Source: Macrostomum lignano
Taxonomy: Eukaryota
DNA length: 37,376 nucleotides
NCBI GenBank assembly: GCA_002269645.1
Contig: NIVC01000105.1
Coordinates: 1 to 37,376, forward strand
Reading direction: 5' to 3'
Numbering within the stretch: the first letter of the stretch is position 1; each line of letters begins with the position of its first letter. Below the pieces are notes generated by a model that was given only the letters and a program-made list of their open reading frames with translations, was not told the DNA's origin and searched no databases. A program made the translations under genes and the position numbers. This document shows, piece by piece, positions 27,819 through 37,376 of this stretch.

Positions 27819-30771
27819 TTCGAGTTTTATCTATATACGACCTAGATCATCCGATGAACTTGATTTTTGGTATGGGCAATGCTAATTCTAATATTGCAGG
27901 GTTAGGTTTAGTCTTATATAATATTTCAGTCTTAGGAATATATTTTTCATCCATAATAATATTGCAGTTTTCCTCAATTTAAAACGTTATAAATTTTTGT
28001 TAAATTCGGGCTTGATATTTGACTTTCGTTTAATGGCAAATACGATAGGCCCTCCACTGCCCGGCCAATCACTTCTCGAATAGAGTGAAGTTTCAATTTT
28101 TGTTTAACCGTTACTCTTAAATCCCACTATTAAAGTCTCACGACAGCCTTCCCTCAAACAGCAAGAAACATTTTTGTAAGTCACTGATATGTCTGAATGC
28201 CCATCTGCTCACGTATTTCATGTAATTTACGTTTTCAAAAAGCTCTGCTGCCGCACAGTGCCTATTTAAAAATGAATGAAATGAATTATAATTCTTTTTA
28301 GCGATGCAATTCTTACTAATAAAAGCCAATGAATTGTGAATGCCTCTGTTTAACTATAGCTAGATGAGTATATTGGCAGTATTAAATTTTTATAAACATT
28401 TTTGCTTCAATTCTGTAGTTAAAAGCACTCACTTTTGCACTATTTATATTTAAAAAATTGTTTTATTAACTTTGATTGCACATAAATATTTTTCAATCTC
28501 TTTTGTCCATTCATTTCAGTTTTTTATTGTTTTAATTTAAAACTGCATTCTCCAGCTAACTTATAATGCTGCAAAAGCAACTCTCCCTAACTCAATAAAA
28601 TTTTAGAATTGCTACTCTCAGTATAAAATGGGCACTTTTATAAATTTCTAACTTAGTGTACTATAAACACACTGTACATGTATCTTGCCCCCATTCAGAA
28701 TGTTTCTTTAAACCTGCTATACTCCAATTGAGCTATAATTGTGAGCAGAAGTTCGTTCCTTTTTTGTCATCTAATAATCTTTTTTTCTTTTAGAATTGAG
28801 GCTTACGACGTAAAATGTAGAAGTCAATTACGACGATAATGTCTGTTATAGATTTTTGGAGCGCTCACAGTTCCCTGGTGCAGTGTAAATACATGTATGC
28901 ACTATTTATTGCAAAACGTTTTACCGAATTTGAATTTTCCTATAACTTTGTAAAACTAAATAGGTACAGAAAGTTTTTATTCACTCACACTGTCTATAAT
29001 TTTTCTTTAAAAAACTGCCATTTAAAGTAGCTTGAGTTAACATGTATCTTTCTGGTATATAAATAAATCTCAAATATACACTTACATACATCTGTGCATG
29101 TATCTTCAAGCGAAACTGCTTAAAGAAGCGAATTCAAGTGCAATATAATTAGAAACATGTACCAATTTTTAGCGCACATTTTGAACTTTATTTAGTTCTT
29201 TATCAGCTAGACATTGTTACTTGCACTAAATCCAGCTAGAGGGTCGTTTTAATGCAAAACTAATGGAGATCTCAGACTGACTAAAATATAGGATCGTACT
29301 ACAAATCATATGGTACGGGGAGAGTAATGTAAAGTTCAGCTAGTATTACCACATCAGGTGCATAAATTCTAGGCTCTTTTTAATAGATTTATTTTGACTT
29401 ATAAACAAGCGTTTTTACTCACTTTAAAGTTCATTATACAAAGTCAACGAATTTACTGTGTACTCTCCAGATTGGTAAAGCAATAAAGTGCGTGTGCATT
29501 TATACAATTGATACATTACTTGTCTATGCACGTGTCCATACGTGTGAATTTTTGTAACTAAGCGGGGTTAATAAATTATAATAACCATAAGCTGCATCCT
29601 TCCTACAAGCTTTAAGAACGATTAACTCACGAAAATTTTGAAAGTTCACGGCACATAATTTATCGTGACGTTTAAAACAAAATAATTTATCATTCTTGTC
29701 AATTAAGCTTTAGCTGTGTCTAAATACTTTATTATATGTTTTAAGAAAGTACTTTTGTGTAAAAAACGTTTGAAAACTTTAACTTTAGTTCTGTATCTAA
29801 GCAAAGAAAGAGTTTAATTTTAACTTACGTAGTTTATTTTCTTTTAAATGCAATCGAATTCGGCTTTGACCGTTATTCGTATGCTTACGGACCTATCCAC
29901 GGTCTAAGCAACCTTTATTTCTTATTTTATTATTTTTTAGGTGCATTGTTACTATAATATTATTAAATCATTCTTAATTTTAGCATACCTTACAAAGTAA
30001 TCAAATTAAACTTTGAACCTTGTTTGAGATCGAGACATTGCATCGCCTATCTTTTAAGGTTTAAGCAAAAATGGGATTCGATGAAACTATAAAAAATAAA
30101 CTTAATTTTAGGCATGGTATTTGATAAAAATATAAAAACTATTTTACAATTCAGGTCGAGTGAAACTTCTTGCTACTGCTTTTCTATAACATTTTAGCAG
30201 AAACTTCGCTCTATTACGGCAAAAATAGAGCTGAATGTGCTGAAGCCTTCTGTTATATTGAAATTCAACCTACATATCAATTCATATTGTGCTAGTATTT
30301 TTAACGATTATACATATTGCGAGAAAATTCATATATTTTTGCTTTTTAAATAACTTCAACAAATGTCTATTTCCATACTTATATGACTTTTAGAGTAATT
30401 ACAGTGTTGCCTACTTTTACTGCCATAATTTAATAAGACAATGAGTAGACTACCTTCCTTAGAATAATAGTATTGCTTGCTTAAAATTTGATTGCTAAGC
30501 TTGCAAAAAATATAACAAAAAAATGTTTTAGAGACAATAATCATTTTCTGTTTCTTAATTGATATTTAATGGATTTTTAGTTTAAGACAAAATTATTTGT
30601 TTTGGAAATAGTTCATGAGTAACTCAGCATGCTGTAATCGAAAAAAGAATTGTAGAAGACTTTTGAGTATTAATTTAAAGCGTGTAAGGAATAATAAAGC
30701 CGCTCTTTACAAAATGGACAGAAATGCAAGTCGATTATTTTTTTTGCCAAACCCTCAGCTCTTCAATTAAA

Positions 30772-33700
30772 ATGAGACGCTCTTCATCGGACTGGAGCAA
30801 CCTGGGCTCAGACTATGACGAGGCCCGTCGCAAGGCTAACCAGGTCATCATCAATGTCAACCAGTTCTTTCCATTGCTGGATAGCGAAATTCGCGTCTAC
30901 AAGGACAAGATGTCCTATTTGGGAGATAACAGCGTCGGCAAACCGCTGAGACCGTTTCCCAATGTTGAAGGAGCGATAGAAAAAGCTGGCACACTGCCAA
31001 GTATCAAAGAGGAAGAGGTCCCACCTGCAGAAGCCCCTGACACCCAGACCGAAGACTCGACACTTTTTGCCACCGAACTTGATGGCGAGCAGCAGCAGCG
31101 GCAGCGGCAGGCTACTTCGACGCCAAAGTCCGCCGCCACCGGGTCTCACGACGATGAATGGACGGCAGATCGAAAAAGAAAAATTCTCACAATGAAGCAG
31201 ACAGTTGAAGAAGCAGTGGCAAGGTATGTCAAGCTTTCATGCAGAGACGCCGTTGCATGTGAAGAAGCGCCATTTTATTTGAGGGTGCATCAAATCATTG
31301 TTGAAAACCGCCTGAGAGTGTTGTATCTCGGTTAACAACTCATGAGGGTTAATTACAAAAGCACAGAGAGTGTACATGACTGGCAATATTGACGCGCTTG
31401 CATCAAGGACTACTTAACTAGAAGAACACTAAACTCTAAAATGATGGCAAAATAGTTGAAGGCCGATTTTTATTTTCCCCATAAATTTTGATAAGTGCAT
31501 GTATGAAGATGATGTTTTGACTCGGAAGCGCAGAATTTATTCCTCTTTCAACCAAATTGTTACTCGTGTCTGTAGCTTCAGGTGTTCCAAAGAATAGTGT
31601 ACAGTAAAGTACACGTAGCCCCAATTCAGTAACTTAACTACTTAACTAGAAAAGCTTAAAACAATATAGAGGATTCATGTTCTATAAGATCGGAAAATAT
31701 CAAGTAGCCATTTACTATCGAAATCTTAAAGGAAGCCGATCTCGTCATGACCATGTTGTGACTCTATAGAGTGAAATCAACCACTGAAGGAACTCCTGAC
31801 TACACCACTCAAAAATTCCCATCTAGTTAATGCATTTTTTGTCGAAAATCGGCCTTCAACTATTTTTCCACGAATCATGAGTTTTACGTCCTCTTATATG
31901 CTAGTGGTACTTGGCTTGCTTGAGCTCAGGAGTCAGTGGAGTCAGAATCGGTAGAATTGTGTGGTGTTCTTATCTGTAGATTGCGTCCCTATTTTATTTC
32001 ATCCGCATTCAACTCCCCTCCCTAAAAACGCTACTCCACCGCAGGCACTATCGCGACGCGATGCTCGCCTTGAAACAGGGCGACGATTTGACAGCCATGC
32101 GAAAGCTGCACCGCTGCATCGCCCTCCGACCAGACGATGCGGATTTCTATCACCACCGAGCCGAGCTGTTTGTCCGCCAGTGCGACTTCCGATCAGCCAT
32201 AGCCAACTACCGGAAGTGCATGCGACTGCAGCCGGAAGCGGCTGGCTCGGCGGGCTACTGGGACCGATTGGCGTTTCTGTATTTGTTCTACGGTCAGACT
32301 CTGTTTGATCAGGGCTACTACGCTGAAGCGTTGGAGAACTTTGCTAAGGTAAATAATAGTAAAAATAGCTTGCTTAATTCATATAGTTAAAACAGTCATT
32401 TTTGATAACCAACTAATTAACGAGCACCTAATTAGTGAGAAAGAGAAGAGCAATCTACGTGCAAAAAGCAATTCAAAAACAGATATCTAGATGAGTTATT
32501 TCTTAATACAATAAACATCGATTTGTTTAGTTAGACTTTATAAGAAACCGCTTGATCATGCTGAATTCAGATAAAGTAGAGAAGAGATGAGAGAAAAGAG
32601 GAAAGGATAAAGAAAGGAGGGAGACGAGAGAAGAAAGTTAAACGGACCGGATCGCCATTGAGAAGTTTCAAAGAACCCAAGGGCCGGATAGAGGGATGCC
32701 GTAGCCAGTGGTCTGGCGCTCTTATGTACCAGCGGCCCAGGCTCGATTCCAAGTGCAGTCACATTAACTTGGACTAAATTGGAACTTCGGCTTGGCTCTG
32801 CTCGCGCTAGTAACGGTCTTGAGACCCGACCCCCAAAGCACAGTGAAGTGTACATGCCTAACGATAAATAAAGTTAGGGCCGCTGTACACTCCTGTGTGA
32901 CTGTGTGCCTGTGCGTATGACTGCGTACGTATCCGCGCGCTTGTGTGCCTGCTCAGGGAAGTTGTGAGAAAATGTCGCTTGAAGTGCGCCAGAGTGCACA
33001 CAGCCCCCTAAATATGGGGGCCGGATACAGAGGCTTCGTGGGTCGTATTTCTTCGATGTCTTTACAGTCTCTCATGCCGAATCTCCACAGGCTTCGGAAA
33101 TGCAGCCTGACAATGTTGCGTACCAAACTCGCAGCATCGCTTGCCTCACAGCGCTGGGCAGACACTCCGAATGTCTGGCCTTGGTCAACAAACGCTTAGA
33201 AACGAACAATAGTAATCCTGATTTGTACGTGATGCGAGCTAGGCTGCATTTCATATTCAAGAGCTACACTTTGGCTTATTACGATGCCAAGGATGCGTTG
33301 GCCATTTCGCCCGGGCATTCGGGCGCCGCTCAGATGAGGGACTATCTGTTTGAGTCGGCGAGGAACTATGGAAGGTGAGGTTTTTTGAGGTATTTAGGAG
33401 AGAAGTAGACAGGATCAGGTCTGGTTGTATATTGCAGGAGAGAAGTAGACAGGATGAGGTCTGGTTGTACATTGCTGGAGAGGAGTAGACAGGAAGAGGT
33501 CTGGTTGTATATTGCTGGAGAGGAGTAGACAGGATGAGGTCTGGATGTACATTGCTGGAGAGGAGTAGACAGGATGAGGTCTGGATGGACATTGCTAGAG
33601 AGGAGTAGACAGGATGAGGTCTGGATGTACATTGCTGGAGAGTCGGGATGTACATTGCTAGAGAGTCGGGATGTACATTGCTGGAGAGTCGGGATGTACA

Positions 33701-34830
33701 TTGCTAGAGAGTCGGGATGTACATTGCTGGAGAGTCGGGATGTACATTGCTGGAGAGTCGGGATGTACATTGCTGGAGAGTCGGGATGTACATTGCTGGA
33801 GAGTCGGGATGTACATTGAAAGGAAGTTGAGAAACCTAACGCACTCTATTCCATCCAACACTTCGTTCCCCTCAGACAAGCTGTCGAGCTGGCCATCAAC
33901 GGTCGCCTTCGAGAGGCGCACAAGAAGGCCAGCCTGGCAATCGACATGGACCCATCCGTTGCCGAGTTTCACGTTCGTCGAGCCGCTTTAAATCGTCGGC
34001 TTGGCGATTTCAACGCCGCCGTGGAGGACTGCCTGATGGCCATGGACAAGTGCGACCACGATCCAGCGTCTAAGCCTTTTACGGACGCGCAGCGCCAACT
34101 GCTGTTGACGTTCAACGACTTCGCCGTCGAGTGCTACATGAAAGGCTTCTACGAGGAGAGCGTCGGACTGTTAGAGAAAGCGATCAAAGCTGAGAAAGAA
34201 GAGAAAGCGCTCTATATTAATAGGGGCGACTGCTTCTATCGGCTTGGTCGGCTGCAATTCGCTCAGTTAGACTACGAACAAGTGAGGGCTTGAAGTCCTG
34301 TGACTGGGCAAATGCTGAACACGAACACGGGGGTGTAACAGTGTTATTGTCTTTAAATTTGTCAGAGCGCTACATAATCTCTATTACAGGGTCTTAAAAG
34401 TTAATGAATCAATTTGTTTAGAAAACAAAACATTAAATTTTTAGGCCTGGGATTTGGATCCCAACGATTCGTCCATTGGCCTCCGTCTATCGCTGGTTCA
34501 CCACCGGATGGGCCAGGCCGCCTTCCAAGAGAAAGATTTCGCCAAGTCGGTTGACTGCCTGACTCGCGCCATCGAGCGCAATCCGCTCTGCCACCACCTG
34601 TGGACCGCCCGGGGTCGGTCGCGCTACTTTCAAACTGACTTGAAGAATGCTCAGGTGGACCTGGCTGTTGCTTTGCTGCTCAAAGCCGAGCTCGACGAAG
34701 CGATGAGAACCCTGCTAACGAGGCTGTTTCCTAGTGTGCCCACGGATAAAATTCTGACTGGAACTACCGGGCTAAGACAAAAGGCGGAGAAGGAGCTGGC
34801 CAGGTTAGTTCACTAGTGGAATTAGTTAGC

Positions 34831-34868
<38 letters not shown>

Positions 34869-34951
34869 GTTTGTTTGTTTGTTTGTTTGTTTGTTTGTTT
34901 GTTTGTTTGTTTGTTAGTTAGTTAGTTAGTTAGTTAGTTAATTAGTTAGTC

Positions 34952-34982
<31 letters not shown>

Positions 34983-35017
34983 CAGTTAGTTAGTTAGTTA
35001 GTCAGTTAGTTAGTTAG

Positions 35018-35058
<41 letters not shown>

Positions 35059-35065
35059 CAGTTAT

Positions 35066-35098
<33 letters not shown>

Positions 35099-35119
35099 CA
35101 GTTATTTAGTTATTAGTTG

Positions 35120-35166
<47 letters not shown>

Positions 35167-35215
35167 CGTTAGTTAGTTAGTTAGTTAGTTAGTTAGCTAG
35201 TTAGTTAGTTAGTTG

Positions 35216-35254
<39 letters not shown>

Positions 35255-35370
35255 CAGTTAGTTTAGTTAGTAATGCAGATTCGCCCGTGAAAATCATGTG
35301 AGCAAACCACTTCTTTCGCTCGCAGATACTACCAGCCACCACAGCCAGAGTCACCGGCTGGCGCTGCCTC

Positions 35371-35417
<47 letters not shown>

Positions 35418-35653
35418 CCGACAGCCCAGACGGTCTAAAAGCCGGCAAAGAGCGTCGCAGACGCAAGAAACGCGCTCCGAAATCCAGCATACCCAGCGTC
35501 GCCGAGTGCGCCAAGGATCGCCAGCTGAACTGCGATCTGGTCCGCGACAAGTCGCGCCTTGGTCGAGCTGTTCAGCGAATGCTTCGCGAGCCTGGCCCGC
35601 CAATTCCGCCGCTCAGGGTGCTGCCGAGCTTGCAGCCTGCCACAGGGAACTGA
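30772..35653 (+). CDS. TTC16: Tetratricopeptide repeat protein 16; exons 30772-31223, 32045-32348, 33091-33374, 33876-34281, 34445-34803, 35326-35653 (~710 aa)
   Basis: TPR repeats with TTC16-typical segments RAELFVRQCDFRSAI, GQTLFDQG, AQRQLLLTFNDFAVECY, KALYINRGDCFYRLG and LLTRLFP. All junctions are GT-AG and phase-consistent. Confidence 0.88.
31449..31866. repeat. 22-bp perfect inverted repeat ~375 bp apart in TTC16 intron 1 (possible MITE/DNA-transposon relic)
   Basis: 31449-31470 AAAATAGTTGAAGGCCGATTTT pairs with 31845-31866 AAAATCGGCCTTCAACTATTTT; no TSD identified. Confidence 0.5.
32693..32875 (+). mobile_element. Probable tRNA-derived SINE relic in TTC16 intron 2
   Basis: A-box-like TAGCCAGTGG (32702-32711) and B-box-like GGCTCGATTCC (32740-32750) at tRNA-like spacing, followed by a non-tRNA body ending in an AATAAA-containing tail. 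Confidence 0.5.
33397..33816. repeat. Compound minisatellite: 40-bp units followed by related 23-bp units (TTC16 intron 3)
   Basis: 40-bp period at 33421/33461/33501/33541, then GAGAGTCGGGATGTACATTGCTG repeats. Confidence 0.92.
34821..35270. repeat. (TTAG)n/(TTTG)n microsatellite (TTC16 intron 5)
   Basis: Direct inspection. Confidence 0.97.
35372..35413 (+). repeat. Pure (CAG)14 encoding poly-Gln in the last TTC16 exon
   Basis: In frame in the predicted exon 6 (…GAAS-Q14-HTDSP…). Confidence 0.85.
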
Positions 35654-36072
35654 GATGAAGAAAGTACACTTGATTTGAGACTCATAGTAGTGCGCTAAAA
35701 ATGTCTTTGAACCAAACGAACGCATCAAAATAAAGTTCCATAATCAGCTCTCATTGTTCGTCATTATGCTCTGTGAATGTTTCCAAAAAAGATTGTGCAT
35801 TGAAGTTGACTTATTGGATTTTGTTATTTTTCAAGCAAAATCAACTGGATAGTCCATACGGTAGGAATTGATGTCAACTGGGACGCCTGCGTCAGCCAGC
35901 AGGCAGTCGTAGGGTGCATGCAGCGAGATTTTAACCAACGTTACTTTCGAAACATGTCTTGACCATAGAATCCATGCTTGTAGAGATTAGTTCATTAATT
36001 AATACATCAATATGCTTAATTATTGTAACATACGCGCATTATAAACAGCTATGCGATGCAGATAGTGGCCAG

Positions 36073-37376
36073 TTTTAACAAATGCTTCGACTGAAATACA
36101 AGGTCAAATCGGGGACAATGACGCCAAACTGAGTCTGGCCAGACAGTTGAACGAATGGACCCGCGCTCTACTGCACTTGAAAGCCTGGCGTCTCGTCTTT
36201 CTCATACCGTCAGCTGTGCTGCTGTTCTCCGGCGCTTACCTGTCAATCATTCTGAGCAGATTCGATCTGGACGCTGACTCAGAGCTGCGTTCTATCGGAC
36301 TGTGGATATTGGAACTGCCTGGAAACTTCAGGGGGAAAACAGGCCAGCGAAAGCGACACTCTGCAGCTTGAAACCGTCAGTGGCATACGCTGGGACAGTC
36401 AGCTTGACCTCTTCTGCACTGTTCCGGCAAGGACTTGCATTGAGCAGTTGCTAACCAGAGCGAATAATAACAAAGGTAAACTACTTCTGCAGACAGTTGC
36501 CAAGGCTAAGTCTTCCCCAATAATGCTGGAGTGCTTAGCAGAGAACTCCAGCAGCTTTGACTGCAGTCTTCTCTACCAGCCGAAAAAAGCCAAACCTAGT
36601 CAGCTAAGCGCGCTGAAAGAAATCAATCTGCTTTACTTTGAAACTTATGCCAACGGTAGTGTGAACAGCACTTACAGAAATCCGCAGGTCCCAGTTGCAA
36701 CCGACACTGTACCAGCTAGGCCCCAAGCGAAAGAGACCAAGCAAAAGTTATGCAACTCAAGCAACAAGCTGTTTCGCACAGTTGTAGCAGTTTCTTTCTC
36801 GATCAGTACCATGGCTGTAATTCTCTACTTCAGCTTATCCACAGCGTACTGTATCCATCGGCTTAAAATGCATAATTTTCTAAAGCTACAACACCTCAGC
36901 GGTTTGTGCGCGACGGCTTTCTGGCTACCAACGTTTGTCATCACTATCGTCGAGTGTCTGGTACTGTCAGGCGTGTTTGTGGCTGGCCAGGTTATTCAAT
37001 GCCCAGAATTGAGACTGGCATCTCATAGGGCTTTTCGAGTATTGATTGTATACTTTTTGCATAGCATTAGCCTGGCTATGCTGGCAATACTTTGCGCTAC
37101 AGTTTTGACTTACGCAGCGGCTTGCACTCTGATGATGCTGCTGAACATGGCATTGATAGGGAGTTTCGCGTACGCGCCAGGCCTCCTCGAAAGCGGAGCC
37201 ACCGCTGTCCTGTACCTTTACCCGCCTATTAGCAGTCTGCAAGTTGTGGAAAGTCACGTAGCATCCGATGGAATTGAGCTGCTGACCATCAGGCTGCAGC
37301 TCATCACAGGAGCATTTTTCCCTGCATGTTCGCGACACCCATCATAATAGCGATTGCTATTCTTTACCTGGACTTC
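36073..37376 (+). CDS. ABCA-subfamily-like transmembrane domain, with two apparent homopolymer frameshifts; runs off the window; 5' end uncertain
   Basis: TM1 (WRLVFLIPSAVLLFSGAYLSIIL), a luminal loop, then LKLQHLSGLCATAFWLPTF (like the ABCA 'K.LQ..SG...YW..F' motif) and several TM helices. The frame changes at GGGGGAAAA (~36331-36339) and TTTTTCCC (~37314-37322). Confidence 0.6.

Noticed and set aside
34821-35270. (TTAG)n as an interstitial telomere
   Set aside because: The unit is TTAG, not TTAGG/TTAGGG, and it grades into (TTTG)n like an ordinary intronic microsatellite.

Overview
Eukaryotic (animal) genomic DNA in two parts. (1) Positions 1 to ~14875 are the right-hand part of an endogenous Polinton/Maverick (adintovirus-like) virus whose left end lies outside the window. 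On + it carries a core-protein fragment, double jelly-roll major capsid protein, A32/FtsK packaging ATPase, a PZ-like protein, minor capsid (penton), adenain protease, a fibre-like discoidin-domain protein, a hairpin-containing tandem array, a predicted spliced RING-finger gene and a PrimPol-PriCT2-D5/SF3 primase-helicase. Converging on - are a protein-primed PolB and a membrane protein ending in PSAP, then a terminal AGTAGT-type hairpin. Most viral genes are broken by frameshifts or stops, and no integrase is visible. (2) Positions ~14876-37376 are repeat-rich host DNA with a 6-exon RBFOX/Fox-1 gene, a 6-exon TTC16 gene and the start of an ABCA-like membrane-domain gene. The host species cannot be determined from sequence alone; a flatworm such as Macrostomum is only a guess from gene and repeat style. 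Highlights: two replication-initiation systems in one Polinton, a PolB with an apparently dead proofreading domain, a 101-bp terminal hairpin, a predicted intron in the viral RING gene, and signs of RBFOX autoregulation (TGCATG on a 5' splice site plus a candidate poison exon). All family assignments come from motif recognition by eye, not database searches.
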